A stretch of 64,000 nucleotides of DNA from Pseudomonadota bacterium (GTDB lineage: Archaea; Thermoplasmatota; SW-10-69-26; JACQPN01; JAJPHT01): contig JAJPHT010000020.1 in assembly GCA_021325135.1 (NCBI GenBank), forward strand, positions 64,001 through 128,000. Direction: 5' to 3'. The position numbers and the translations under genes were made by a program. Numbering within the stretch: position 1 is the stretch's first letter; each line of letters opens with the position of its first letter. The notes beneath the pieces are model-generated. The model was given only the letters and a program-made list of their open reading frames with translations. It was not told the DNA's origin and ran no database searches. Below are positions 1 through 10,534 of this stretch, one piece after another.

Positions 1-447
1 CGGCTCCACGACCAGGATGATCCCCTCGACGCCGGTCACGCGCACGCGGGTGTGGGGCGCGATGGCGGGGCCGCGGGTGATGGCGCTCCACGTCTCCTGG
101 TGGATCTTCACCTTGCCGCGGGGCGCGTCGTGGGTCACGGGGACGGTGACGAGCCCTTCGAGGCCCACAAGGGAATCGGCGGACTTCGTGGTGGGCGCCT
201 TGTCGGGGGTCGCCATGCGGCGGTACACGAGGATCGTGATGACGGTGGCGGGAACGCCCGTGGCGATGGCGATGAGGGGCGCGTAGACGGTGAAGAGGTC
301 GAAGGGCACGATGAGCTCGCAGGCGCCCAGGATGACCAGGATCGTCGCGGGCACGGCGATGAAGAAGCCCGGGATGAGGGCCTCCAGGATGAACATCACG
401 ACGCCCAGGGAGACGAGGCCGTAGCCGATCAGCGTCGGGTCGACCAT
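1..447 (-). CDS. NfeD-like membrane protein (C-terminal OB-fold), truncated at window edge
   Basis: Manually translated: MVDPTLIGYGLVSLGVVMFILEALIPGFFIAVPA...SLVGLEGLVTVPV...GKVKIHQETWSA...VRVTGVEGIILVVEP; GAGGAGG SD upstream. Confidence 0.85.
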   Translation of the reverse strand, partial: MVDPTLIGYGLVSLGVVMFILEALIPGFFIAVPATILVILGACELIVPFDLFTVYAPLIAIATGVPATVITILVYRRMATPDKAPTTKSADSLVGLEGLVTVPVTHDAPRGKVKIHQETWSAITRGPAIAPHTRVRVTGVEGIILVVEP

Positions 448-476
448 GACGCCTCCTCATCGGGAGCCCGTGCGCT

Positions 477-2129
477 TCAAGCTATGCTCCCGGCGTCCAG
501 CGCGAGACCCAGGGGGCCCCACGCCTGCTGCGCCTGCGCGGCGGCGGCGCGCGCGTCGGCGCCGGGGGCAAGCGGCGCCACCACCACGGCGCCCAGGGGC
601 TTGCCCGCGCCTGCCACGAGGCTGGCGCTGCTCCACGCGACGTCCGCGGGGCCGCCCTCCACGGATTCCACCGCGACGGCGACGCGCCCCACGCGGTCGT
701 CCCCCAGGACGAGGCGAGTCGTGAGCAGCGTGCCCGGGGCCCAGTCCGGGGTTGATAGCACGAGCGTGCGCGAGCGGGTGACGTTGTCCAGCGCGGCCTG
801 CGCGCTGGGCCAGCGCCCTCCGGGGGGCATGCTCCAGGGGGGATCGCCCGGCCCGCCGAAGGCGAGGAGCCGCAGGCCGGGGACGGGGCGCGACTCCGCA
901 GCGGCGATCTCGCCCACGGGCGTCTCCAGCATGGCGGCCAGCGAGGGCGCGGCGAGCCCGGGGACCGGAGGCAGCTTCGCGACGTCCACGTCCAGGGGCG
1001 CGCGGAAGAGGAGCGCGCCCTTCGCGGCGGGGGCGGGCCCGGGGCCTTGAGGCGCGGGGCGCGCGCGCAGGCCCAGGGCGACGGCGTCCGCGCTGCGGTT
1101 GCGCGCGTCGGAAAGCGCAGGCAGGAGGGCGGGCGAGGCGACGACCACGAGCCCCGAGGCCTCGTCGGCGCGCGCTCCCGTGAGGCGCTGCGCGTCGGCG
1201 GGGGTGAGGAGGGCGACGCCCGCGGGGATCGCGCGCTCGACGAGGCGCGAGACGCGGAGCGTCGCCTGCTCGTCGCGGCCCCATGATAGCAATTCCCGCG
1301 TCTGGGCCGGGCCGTCGGGCTCGACCACGAGGCGGTCGTCGAACCACGTGTAGCCCGGCTCGCGCACGCGCACGATGCCCGCCGCCGCGCCGTTGAGCGT
1401 CGTCTTGTTGCTCTCCAGGCGGAAGCGGATCGTCCACGCGCCGGGCGCGATCGGCCCGTCCACCGTCGCGAGCGTGGGGCGCGCCAGTTCGTCCAGCGTC
1501 GCGTTCCACGGGGTGCGCTCGCCCGAGGGGCTCTCGAAGGAGCCGTTCCACCACGCGGGCAGGCCTCCAGGGCCAAGCTCCGCGCCTTCGGGGATGAACG
1601 CGAGGTCCTGCGAGTCGGGCGGCACCGCGAGGCGGATCGCGAGCTGGCCGCCCTCGGGCGGAAGGAAGCAGACGGTCGCCGTGGGCGTCCTGTCGCACGG
1701 GCGGATGCGTTCCATCTCGTAGCCCGCGGTCACGAGAGGCTTGGGGAACGTCGAGGCGCGCAGCGCGAGCGCGTCCCCCGCCGCGAGGCCGTTCGCGCGG
1801 GCCCACGTCCCGTTGAGCGCGATCTCTCCTGGGGCGGGCGGGTCCAGGGCGCCCGTGGCGTCGAGCGCGCGCGCCGCGCCCAGGTCCAGCGAGGCGAAGT
1901 CCAGCGCGAAGGGCTCGCCGTGGGCCGTGGCGACGCCGCCGCCGAACCATGCGGCGCCCGCGGCGGAGGGGCCCTGCGCGTCGGCGAGGAGGCCCCGCAT
2001 GCTCGCCTCGGGGAGGGGCCAGCGCCCGTCGACGGCGAGGAGCATGGGCCCGGCGGGCGCGTCGCCCGCCTTGGGCGCGCTGCACCCCGCGAGGAGGGCC
2101 AGGACCAGGAGGGGCCGGAGGGCGCGCAA
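477..2129 (-). CDS. Hypothetical lipoprotein
   Basis: TTG start giving MRALRPLLVLALLAGC lipobox; segment GEIALNGTWARANGLAAGDALAL resembles FtsX/MacB extracytoplasmic domains. Confidence 0.65.
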   Translation of the reverse strand: MRALRPLLVLALLAGCSAPKAGDAPAGPMLLAVDGRWPLPEASMRGLLADAQGPSAAGAAWFGGGVATAHGEPFALDFASLDLGAARALDATGALDPPAPGEIALNGTWARANGLAAGDALALRASTFPKPLVTAGYEMERIRPCDRTPTATVCFLPPEGGQLAIRLAVPPDSQDLAFIPEGAELGPGGLPAWWNGSFESPSGERTPWNATLDELARPTLATVDGPIAPGAWTIRFRLESNKTTLNGAAAGIVRVREPGYTWFDDRLVVEPDGPAQTRELLSWGRDEQATLRVSRLVERAIPAGVALLTPADAQRLTGARADEASGLVVVASPALLPALSDARNRSADAVALGLRARPAPQGPGPAPAAKGALLFRAPLDVDVAKLPPVPGLAAPSLAAMLETPVGEIAAAESRPVPGLRLLAFGGPGDPPWSMPPGGRWPSAQAALDNVTRSRTLVLSTPDWAPGTLLTTRLVLGDDRVGRVAVAVESVEGGPADVAWSSASLVAGAGKPLGAVVVAPLAPGADARAAAAQAQQAWGPLGLALDAGSIA

Positions 2130-2202
2130 CGCGGCGCGCAGGGCGGCGCAGGGACTTGAAGGGCGCGCAAGGTCGATAGGGGGCGACCGGCCTGCGCGGC
2201 GC

Positions 2203-3438
2203 GTGACCCGCGGCGCTGCCCTCCTCGCCCTCGCGCTCCTGCTTTCGGGCTGCGCCTCGGTGGGCCCCTCGGGGTCGCCCACGCGCGCCACGCAGGCGAC
2301 GCCTGGCGCCAGCGCCCCCTTCCTGGCCACGGACCTGGGCCCCGGCGGCCCCGAGCCCGTCGTGCGGCTGACGCCCGAGGGCGCGCTGGCCGTCGCGGCG
2401 CAGGACCCCGAGGGCGGAGGCCCGCGCGTGTGGATCTCCCACGACCAGGGCGCCACGTTCGCCCTCAGCCGCGTCAACGCGCAAGGGGCAGGCGAGGTGG
2501 ACCTCGCGGCGGCGAGCGGGGCGCTCTTCGTCACGCAGCTTGGCACCAGCGGCAACGTCGTCTCCGTCTCCAAGGACGGCGGCCAGTCGTGGCAGACCTC
2601 GCCCCTGGGGCCGCAGTCGCAGTACTTCGACCGCGAGTGGCTGGGCGTCGACGACGCGGGGCACGTCTACATCGTCTCGCGGCCCCGGGGCGACAACACG
2701 GCGAGCCAGGTGTCGCGCAGCGACGACAATGGGCTCACGTTCCTGCCGCAGGGGGACCCGTGGGACGCGGCGCACGAGCCGGGCCTGACCAACGGCAACC
2801 TCGTGCCCTGGAGCGGCGGGCTCTCCATGCCCTACGTCTGCCGCGACGGCGCGGGCGTGTGCGTCGCCACGAGCAAGGACAAGGGTGTCACCTGGACGCG
2901 CTCCCTGGCGCGGGAGAGCGCCGCGGGCGTCGCGCACGTCTACGCAAGCCTCGCGGCCACCTCGTCGGGGCTCCTCGTCGCGTGGAGCGAGCCGGTGGAC
3001 GGGCGCCTCGCGGTCTTCGCCTCCTCCAGCGCGGATGGCGCCTCGTGGAGCGCGCCCGTGCGCGTCTCGGGGAAGGGGGAGAGCGCGCTGGAGCCGTGGC
3101 CCGCGGCGCGGGGGGGCACGGCGTGGATCGCCTACCTCTCCACCGACGTCCCGCTGGACGCAGGCGACGCCTCGGGGGCCGCCAACGCGCGCTGGACGCC
3201 CATGGCGGCGCGCGTCGACGCGCACGGCGCGCCGCAGGGCGCCCCCCGCGCGCTCACGTCCGGGCCCGTGCATCCGGGCCCCGTCTCGCCCCCCGTGGGC
3301 CGGGGCGGCGGCGCCGCGCCCAACCGCCTCTTCGGCGACTTCTTCACCGCGATCGTGGACTCCCGCGGCAAGCTCGTGGTCGCGCTGGAGAAGGACGACG
3401 GGACCGCGAGCCGGGACCTTGTTCTCCGCGAGCCCTGA
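2203..3438 (+). CDS. Lipoprotein with Asp-box/BNR repeats (sialidase-like beta-propeller)
   Basis: LLLSGC lipobox; repeated S-x-D-x-G-x-T/S-W/F (SHDQGATF, SKDGGQSW, SDDNGLTF, SKDKGVTW, SADGASW). Confidence 0.8.
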   Translation: MTRGAALLALALLLSGCASVGPSGSPTRATQATPGASAPFLATDLGPGGPEPVVRLTPEGALAVAAQDPEGGGPRVWISHDQGATFALSRVNAQGAGEVDLAAASGALFVTQLGTSGNVVSVSKDGGQSWQTSPLGPQSQYFDREWLGVDDAGHVYIVSRPRGDNTASQVSRSDDNGLTFLPQGDPWDAAHEPGLTNGNLVPWSGGLSMPYVCRDGAGVCVATSKDKGVTWTRSLARESAAGVAHVYASLAATSSGLLVAWSEPVDGRLAVFASSSADGASWSAPVRVSGKGESALEPWPAARGGTAWIAYLSTDVPLDAGDASGAANARWTPMAARVDAHGAPQGAPRALTSGPVHPGPVSPPVGRGGGAAPNRLFGDFFTAIVDSRGKLVVALEKDDGTASRDLVLREP

Positions 3439-3521
3439 GGCCCAACCTGTATAGAGTCCCAGGAGAAGGCTTAATCGGGCCAAGCCGCTGGCCGCCACCG
3501 GAGCTTTGGAGGCTTCCCAGC

Positions 3522-6500
3522 TTGACCGCCGATCCCAACCGCCGCGCCCGGGCCGCCATCGCCGCCCTCCTCTTCCTCCTCCCCGCCGGGAGCGCCCTCC
3601 TCCACGTGGCCGACGCGGCCAGCGGGACCAACGTCGTCACCGACCCCGCGGGCGACAACACGGGCGGCGGCCCCCAGGCGGACGTGCTCCGCGTGGGCGC
3701 CAGCAACGACGCCTCCAAGCTCTACTTCTACGTCGAAGTGGGTAGCACGTCGCCCCCCGCGGCGGACGTCGAGTACCAGGTGGACTTCACCGCGCCCGGC
3801 CAGCCCCCCTCGGCCCGGCAGTACAGCATCGTTGCGACCTACAGCGCGTCGGGCTCCATGGGCCCCGCCACGCTGGACTTCCTCACCGACGTCACGGGCT
3901 CCAGCGCGCGCACCGAGCAGGCCTCCATCGTGGGCGACGAGATCGTCTTCGCCATGAGCCGCGCCGACGTGAGCAGCCCGCCCACGGGCGCGACGTTCAC
4001 CGCCATCGACGCGCTGACCTACCCGCCCGCCGACCCCACCACCACGTGGGACGACACCTCCAGCGGCTCCTACACCATGGCGGCGCCCACGCCGGCCACG
4101 CCCAGCGCGCCCTCCATCACCGGCGCCGCGGGCAGCCCCTCCAGCGTCGCGCTCTCGTGGAGCGCGCCCGCCAGCAGCGGCTCCTCCTCCGTGACCGGCT
4201 ACAAGGTGTACCGCGGCACGACCAGCGGCGGCGAGACCCTGCTCGCCACGCTGGGCAACGTGCTCAGCTACGCCGACTCCGCCGTCTCCGCGGGCCAGAC
4301 CTACTTCTACCAGGTCAGCGCGGTGAACTCCGCGGGCGAGGGCCCCCGCAGCGCCGAGGCCTCCGCCACCGTGGCCGCGCCCACGCTGCCCGGCGCGGTG
4401 CAGGGCCTCTCCGCCACCGCGGGCGATGGCAAGGCCACGCTCTCGTGGAGCGCGCCCGCCAGCGACGGCGGGAGCCCCATCACGGCCTACCAGGTCTTCC
4501 AGGGCAGCGCGCCGGGCGCCGAGGGCCCCACGGCCGTCGCCACCGTCGCCGGCGCCAGCGCCACCCTCACGGGCCTCGCCAACGGGCAGACCTACTACTT
4601 CCGCGTCCGCGCGCAGAACGCCGTCGGCCTCGGCCCCGAAGGGAGCGAGGTCACGGTGACGCCGTCGCTCGCCGACGCGCCCACCGCGTTCGAGGACTAC
4701 CACAACACGCTGGGCGACACCTCCAGCGCGGGCGAGCCCAGCCTCGGCGTCGACCAGGAGACCGGCGCGGTCCTCTACACCTCGGGCTTCAACACGTACA
4801 AGATCACCAACCTGCGCCCCAACGCCGACGCGCGGACGCCGGGCGCCGCGACGTGGGCCGACGTGAGCAACGTCAAGTTCGCGCCCACCGTGCTGGGCGA
4901 CCCCATCGGCTGGCTCGACCGCCACACCAACCGCTTCTTCCAGGCCGAGCTCCTCGTGCCGCCCGACTGCAGCCAGATGGGCTACACGGACGACGGCGGC
5001 GCCACCTGGAACGTGAGCGACGGCTCGTGCAACACGCCCAACGGCGAGGACCACGAGACCGTGGGCGGCGGCCCCTTCCACGGCGAGAAGGGCCCTCAGC
5101 TTGGCAGCGCGTACCCCGACTCGGTCTACTACTGCACGCAGGCCAACGCGCTGGCCACGTGCGCCGTCTCCGAGGACGGCGGCGTGACGTTCCAGCCCGC
5201 CCGCGTCATCTACCACACGATCCTCAACCAGAACACCATCGCCACGGCGGACGGCGCGGACCCCTCGGGCTTCTGCTTCAACCTGCATGGCCACGTGAAG
5301 GTCTCGCCCACCGGCATCGCCGCGGTGCCCAACAAGAACTGCTACACCACGGGCTCCCAGGAGACGAAGGGCGGCGTCACGACGTCGGACGACGGCAACA
5401 CGTGGCGCATCTTCTCCATCCCCAGCAGCACGCAGGACCCCAACGGCGGCGACGACGACCCCAGCCTCGACTGGAGCCAGTCCCGCGCGCCGGGCGCCAC
5501 GCACGACCGCCTCTGGTACGGCTACTACGACGGCGACCACCACATGAAGATCGCCCACAGCGACGACCTGGGCGCGACGTGGTCCCCGAGCTTCGACGTG
5601 GGCGCCAGCCTCGGCCTCGTGAACACCAAGTTCCCCGAGGTCGTCGCAGGCGACTGGGACCGCGCCGCCATCGCCTTCCTGGGCTCCGCCACCGCGGGCG
5701 ACAACCAGGCCTCCGGCTTCAACGGCGTCTGGCACCTCTACGTCGCGACCACCTACGACGGCGGCCAGACGTGGACCACCGTCAAGGCCAGCACGGACCC
5801 TGTGCAGAAGGGCTGCATCAGCATGGGCGGCACCACCAGCAGCACGTGCCGCAACCTGCTTGACTTCATGGACGCGCAGCTGGACGCCACCGGCCATGTC
5901 GCGGTCGCCTACCCCGACGGGTGCGAAGGCGCCTGCGCCGCGGACGAGAACCCGCACGCGTGGTCCTCCTCCTACAGCAACGACGCGGCGCCCGCCCTGG
6001 CCTACCAGAGCGGCGGCCGCGGCCTGCTCTCCGCCTTCGACACGTCGAAGACCGTCCCCGCGGCGCCCGTCATCATGGCCTCCGCGGGCAACGGCCTCGT
6101 GCGCCTCCAGTGGGCGCCGCCCAACGACGGCAACAGCCCCATCACGGGCTACCTCGTCGAGCGCGACGGCTCGCTCCTCGCCACGCTGGGCGCGGTCGCG
6201 AGCTTCGAGGACCGCAGCGTCGCCAACGGCGCGACCTACGGCTACCAGGTGGCCGCCATCAACTCCGTGGGCACCGGCGCCCTGAGCGCGCCCGTCTCCG
6301 CGACGCCCTTCTTCGACGACCAGGCGCCCACGCAGGTCACGGACCTCCAGGCCAGCGCGGCGGCGGACCACGCCATCTCGCTCCTTTGGGACGCCTCCAG
6401 CGACGACCACGGCGTCGACCACTATGATATCATCCGCGACGGCGCGGTGGTCGCCAGCGTCAGCAGCGCCACGACGGCGTTCGCGGACTCGGGCCTCCAG

Positions 6501-9365
6501 AACGGCCGCGCGTACGGCTACCGCGTCGTCGCGGTGGACGCCAGCGGCAACGCGGCGCCCGAGAGCGACGCGGTCACCGCGAAGCCCGTCCGCACCCTCT
6601 CCGCGGCCCTCGTGGCGGCGGACGGGACAGGGGACGCGACCGGCGGGGCGCCCGCAAGCGCGGACCTCCAGGGCGCGGGCCTGGGCTACGACGGCAGCAA
6701 CCTGCGCGTCGAGTGGCCCATCGCCGACCTCGCGGCCGCGCCCACGACGATCCGCCACGACATGGCGTTCACCATCAACTCGCAGAACTACGTCTTCGAG
6801 TACGAGCGCGGCGGCACGCGCTGCAATCTCTACACGCAGACCAGCGCCGCGGGCTTCGACCCCGTCGCCAACGCCAACCCGTACACCTGCGGCGTGGACG
6901 CGGCGCGCGGCGTCGTCTGGGGCCTCGTGCCCAACGCCGCGCTGCGCAACGTCCTCGTGGCGGGCGCGCAGGTCACCGGCGTCTCCGCCGACACCTGCAT
7001 GCTGGACACCTCCAGCGGCGGCGTCACGGGCCTCTCGTGCTACTCGCCCCCCCGCGGCGACCGCGCGCCCGACGCCGGCTCCGCGACCTACGTCGTGGGC
7101 ACGCCCAACTCGGCGGGCCACGTCGTCATGGGCGGCCTCGGGGACCAGGCCGGCGCCGAGGGCAGCCTGGTATCGTTCCAGGTGCCCGCGACGAGCCCCG
7201 AGGGCGACAAGGTCGCCTTCTCGGCGACCGGCCTCCCCGCCGGCGCGACGCTGGACCCCGACACGGGCGCCTTCTCGTGGACGCCCACCTTCGCGCAGGC
7301 GGGCCGCTACCCCGTGACGCTCACGGCGGACGACGGCGCGGCCAGCGCGACGAAGGCGATCAACCTCACCATCGCCAACGTCGACCGCGCGCCAGTCCTC
7401 GACGCGGTGGCCGACCAGACGGTGGCGGGCGGCTCGTCCCTCGCGCTGGCGCTCCACGCCACCGACGCGGACGGCGACGCGCTGACCTACGGCGGCGCCA
7501 ACCTGCCGCCCGGCGCCACGGTGGACGCCGCGACGGGCGCCTTCCGCTTCGCGCCCCCGGCCCACGCCGCCGCGAGCTACCCCGGCGTCGTGCTCTCCGC
7601 CTTCGACGGCGAGAAGTACGGCAACCAGACCTTTGATATCATGGTCACGGACGTGGAGACGGCGCCCGCGCTGGACGCCATCGCGGACCAGACCGTGGCC
7701 GAGGGCGGCTCCATCGCCTTCCAGGCGCGCGCGACGGACGCCGAGGGCGACGCGCTCGCCTACGCCATCGAGGGCGCGCCGGAGGGCGCCTCCTTCGACC
7801 CGCAGACGGGCGCCTTCTCCTACGCGGCGCCCTTCGCGACGGGCCACGACTCGCCCGCCTACGCGCTGCGCGTCACGGTCAGCGACGGCGAGCAGAGCGC
7901 GGAGCGCGACCTCACGCTCACCGTGGCGGACGTGGACCGCGCGCCGGCCTTCGGCCCCCTGGAGAACGTGAAGGTCAACGAGACGGAGCCCATCTCCTTC
8001 CCGGTGAGCGCCACCGACGCGGACCTCGACGCGGTGACGCTCTCCGCGGACAGCCTCCCCGAGGGCGCGACGTTCGACGACGGCCAATTCTCCTGGACGC
8101 CCACCTTCGACCAGTCGGGCAACTACCCCGTCGCGTTCCACGCGTCGGACGGCATCGCCACGACGACGCGCACGGTCATCCTCACCGTGGGCGCCGTCGA
8201 CCGCGCGCCCATCTTCGACGCGACGCCCGACCAGGCCGGCGCCGAGGGGAGCTTGCTGTCGTTCGCCGTCCACGCCGCGGACCCCGACGGCGACGCGGTG
8301 GCCTACCACGCCACGGGCCTGCCCCAGGGCGCGACGCTGGACGCGCAGACGGGCGCCTTCTCGTGGACGCCCGGCTTCACGCAGGCGGGCAGCTACGCGG
8401 TGACGTTCACCGCCAGCGACTCGCAGCTCTCGGTCAACGAGACGGTGGCCCTCGCCATCGCCGACGTGGACCGCGCGCCCGTCGTCGCGCCCCCGCAGGC
8501 GGTCAACGTCCTGGAGGGCACGCCCATCCAGCTCGTCGTCCACGCGGCGGACCCCGACGGCACCGCGGTCGCGCTGAGCGCGGCCGGCCTCCCAGAGGGC
8601 GCGACGTTCGCGGACCACGGCGACGGCACCGGCAGCTTCGCGTGGACCCCCGCGCCCGGCGCGCACGGCGCCTACGCGCCCTCGTTCACGGCGACGTCCA
8701 ACGGGCTTTCGGGCTCCGCGACGCTGGGCCTCACGGTGCGCTTCCGCGCGAACTTCACGGTGGACGCCACGGACCCCACGACGATCCACGCCTCGCCCGG
8801 CCAGGCGGTCGACCTCGACGCGGTGGTGACGAACCTCGGCGTCGAGCCCGACTCGTTCTCCTTCGGCCTCGCGCAGACGCAGGCCTGGGGAGGCGCCGCC
8901 CCCGCGACGACGAACCTCGCCGCGGGCGAGAGCCGGCACGTGACGGTCCACCTGGTGGCGCCCGCCAGCGGCACCCTCGACCGCGTGAACCTCACCGTCT
9001 CGTCGCTGGGCCAGCCCGGCGCATCGAAGACGGCGAGCTGGACCGCGGACGTGCCGCTGGTGCTCAGCGTGCGCCTTGACAGCGCAAGCCTGCACCCCTG
9101 GCAGCGCCCCGCGGGCGTCGTGCGCGCCACGCACCTCGACGGCTCCCCCGCCGCGGGCGTGGCCGTGACCCTCGCCCAGGCCTCGGACGCGCTGGCCCTG
9201 GCGGCCTCCACGCTCTCGGGCCACGCGGACGCCAACGGCCTGTGGTTCTTCGACTTCGGCAGCGACGCCATGGCGCGCGCCCCCGGCAGCCACACCCTGG
9301 CCGCCACGGCGGGCCTCGCCGGCGTCGCGCCCACGCGCGTCGCCACGGCCTACACCGTCGGCTAG
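3522..9365 (+). CDS. Giant secreted multidomain surface protein (FN3 repeats, Asp-box propeller, putative Ig/He_PIG repeats)
   Basis: TTG start with GGAGG SD, signal peptide; FN3 motifs (LSWSAP...YQVSAVNSAGEG), Asp-boxes (TDDGGATW, SDDLGATW), repeated GLP.GATLD..TG.FSWTP. Confidence 0.85.
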   Translation: MTADPNRRARAAIAALLFLLPAGSALLHVADAASGTNVVTDPAGDNTGGGPQADVLRVGASNDASKLYFYVEVGSTSPPAADVEYQVDFTAPGQPPSARQYSIVATYSASGSMGPATLDFLTDVTGSSARTEQASIVGDEIVFAMSRADVSSPPTGATFTAIDALTYPPADPTTTWDDTSSGSYTMAAPTPATPSAPSITGAAGSPSSVALSWSAPASSGSSSVTGYKVYRGTTSGGETLLATLGNVLSYADSAVSAGQTYFYQVSAVNSAGEGPRSAEASATVAAPTLPGAVQGLSATAGDGKATLSWSAPASDGGSPITAYQVFQGSAPGAEGPTAVATVAGASATLTGLANGQTYYFRVRAQNAVGLGPEGSEVTVTPSLADAPTAFEDYHNTLGDTSSAGEPSLGVDQETGAVLYTSGFNTYKITNLRPNADARTPGAATWADVSNVKFAPTVLGDPIGWLDRHTNRFFQAELLVPPDCSQMGYTDDGGATWNVSDGSCNTPNGEDHETVGGGPFHGEKGPQLGSAYPDSVYYCTQANALATCAVSEDGGVTFQPARVIYHTILNQNTIATADGADPSGFCFNLHGHVKVSPTGIAAVPNKNCYTTGSQETKGGVTTSDDGNTWRIFSIPSSTQDPNGGDDDPSLDWSQSRAPGATHDRLWYGYYDGDHHMKIAHSDDLGATWSPSFDVGASLGLVNTKFPEVVAGDWDRAAIAFLGSATAGDNQASGFNGVWHLYVATTYDGGQTWTTVKASTDPVQKGCISMGGTTSSTCRNLLDFMDAQLDATGHVAVAYPDGCEGACAADENPHAWSSSYSNDAAPALAYQSGGRGLLSAFDTSKTVPAAPVIMASAGNGLVRLQWAPPNDGNSPITGYLVERDGSLLATLGAVASFEDRSVANGATYGYQVAAINSVGTGALSAPVSATPFFDDQAPTQVTDLQASAAADHAISLLWDASSDDHGVDHYDIIRDGAVVASVSSATTAFADSGLQNGRAYGYRVVAVDASGNAAPESDAVTAKPVRTLSAALVAADGTGDATGGAPASADLQGAGLGYDGSNLRVEWPIADLAAAPTTIRHDMAFTINSQNYVFEYERGGTRCNLYTQTSAAGFDPVANANPYTCGVDAARGVVWGLVPNAALRNVLVAGAQVTGVSADTCMLDTSSGGVTGLSCYSPPRGDRAPDAGSATYVVGTPNSAGHVVMGGLGDQAGAEGSLVSFQVPATSPEGDKVAFSATGLPAGATLDPDTGAFSWTPTFAQAGRYPVTLTADDGAASATKAINLTIANVDRAPVLDAVADQTVAGGSSLALALHATDADGDALTYGGANLPPGATVDAATGAFRFAPPAHAAASYPGVVLSAFDGEKYGNQTFDIMVTDVETAPALDAIADQTVAEGGSIAFQARATDAEGDALAYAIEGAPEGASFDPQTGAFSYAAPFATGHDSPAYALRVTVSDGEQSAERDLTLTVADVDRAPAFGPLENVKVNETEPISFPVSATDADLDAVTLSADSLPEGATFDDGQFSWTPTFDQSGNYPVAFHASDGIATTTRTVILTVGAVDRAPIFDATPDQAGAEGSLLSFAVHAADPDGDAVAYHATGLPQGATLDAQTGAFSWTPGFTQAGSYAVTFTASDSQLSVNETVALAIADVDRAPVVAPPQAVNVLEGTPIQLVVHAADPDGTAVALSAAGLPEGATFADHGDGTGSFAWTPAPGAHGAYAPSFTATSNGLSGSATLGLTVRFRANFTVDATDPTTIHASPGQAVDLDAVVTNLGVEPDSFSFGLAQTQAWGGAAPATTNLAAGESRHVTVHLVAPASGTLDRVNLTVSSLGQPGASKTASWTADVPLVLSVRLDSASLHPWQRPAGVVRATHLDGSPAAGVAVTLAQASDALALAASTLSGHADANGLWFFDFGSDAMARAPGSHTLAATAGLAGVAPTRVATAYTVG

Positions 9366-9442
9366 CGAGCCGCCACCCCGCCGGGCGCTGCGCCCCCGCG
9401 CCCGGCCCCTCCCTTTTTCTGCCCTCGCCACGTTGCCCCAGC

Positions 9443-10081
9443 GTGCTCGCCGGAGTCGACGAAGCCGGGCGCGGCCCCGTGCTCGGGCCCCTCGTGGTGG
9501 CCGCCGTCCTCATCGAGTCCGACAAGCCGCTGCGCAAGCTGGGCGTCAAGGACTCCAAGCAGCTCTCCCCCAAGCGCCGCGAGGAGATGGCGCCGCAGAT
9601 CCGCGAGCTTTGCCGCGCCACCGCGCTGCGCGTCGTCCACGCCGAGGAATTGAACGCGCGCATGCCGGGGGAGAACCTCAACGAGATCGAGGTCGACGCC
9701 TTCGCCGAGCTGCTGCGCCACCTGGCGCCCCACACGGCGGTCCTCGACGCGTGCGACGTCAACGCCGAGCGCTTCGGCCAGCGCGTGGGCGCCCGCCTCG
9801 CCGCGCCCTGCGTCATCCGCTCCGAGCACGAGGCCGACGCGCGCCACCCCGTCGTCGCGGCCGCCAGCATCCTCGCCAAGGTCGAGCGCGACCGGATCGT
9901 CGCCGAGCTTGCCGCCCAGCACGGCGCCCTGGGCAGCGGCTACAGCCATGACGTGGCCACCACGACCTGGCTGAAGGACTACGTGGCCCGCCACAACGCC
10001 CTTCCCGCCTTCGCCCGCCGCGAATGGGAGACCGCCCGCCGCCTCCTCAAGAAGGACCGCACCCTCCTCGAGTTCGGGTGA
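9443..10081 (+). CDS. rnhB: Ribonuclease HII (archaeal type)
   Basis: GVDEAGRGPVLGPLVV, VKDSK, VAAASILAKV, GSGY motifs. Confidence 0.95.
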   Translation: MLAGVDEAGRGPVLGPLVVAAVLIESDKPLRKLGVKDSKQLSPKRREEMAPQIRELCRATALRVVHAEELNARMPGENLNEIEVDAFAELLRHLAPHTAVLDACDVNAERFGQRVGARLAAPCVIRSEHEADARHPVVAAASILAKVERDRIVAELAAQHGALGSGYSHDVATTTWLKDYVARHNALPAFARREWETARRLLKKDRTLLEFG

Positions 10082-10186
10082 CCCGGGCCCCAGGGCCCCA
10101 GCCGCAGGACCTAAGCCTCCCGCCCCCCTCCGCCCCTTGTGAGCGCCGCGCAATCTTCATCGTCGCCCGCGCCTGCACGCCCCACG

Positions 10187-10534
10187 ATGATCCAGTCGGT
10201 GGAGGAGGCCGTCAAGCGGATGGAGGCCGGGTTCTGGCGCCGCTACAACGCCAGCCCCGACCTCCAGAGGAAGCTCGCCGGCAAGACCCGCGTCATCCAG
10301 CTGGCCATCCCCGACGCCGACTCCTACTGGTTCCACATCGTGGACGGCAAGATCCACGACATCCAGCAGGGCCAGCACGAGAAGCCCGACGCGCAGGTCA
10401 CCGTCCACAAGGCCGACCTCCTGGCCGTCCTCAACGGCGAGATGAAGGCCATGCAGGCCTACCTCTCGGGCAAGGTGAAGGTGCGCGCCGGGCTCTCCGA
10501 CCTCCTCTTCGCCAAGAGCCTGCTGGGCGCCTAA
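10187..10534 (+). CDS. SCP2 sterol/lipid-binding domain protein
   Basis: C-terminal AMQAYLSGKVKV motif and PDAQVTV typical of SCP2. Confidence 0.8.
   Translation: MIQSVEEAVKRMEAGFWRRYNASPDLQRKLAGKTRVIQLAIPDADSYWFHIVDGKIHDIQQGQHEKPDAQVTVHKADLLAVLNGEMKAMQAYLSGKVKVRAGLSDLLFAKSLLGA

Noticed and set aside
457-9431. Very long antisense or alternative-frame ORFs (e.g. 457..3498, 3471..9431; likewise 19738..23481, 47619..50549)
   Set aside because: Arg/Gly/Ala-rich shadow ORFs of real high-GC genes, without motifs.
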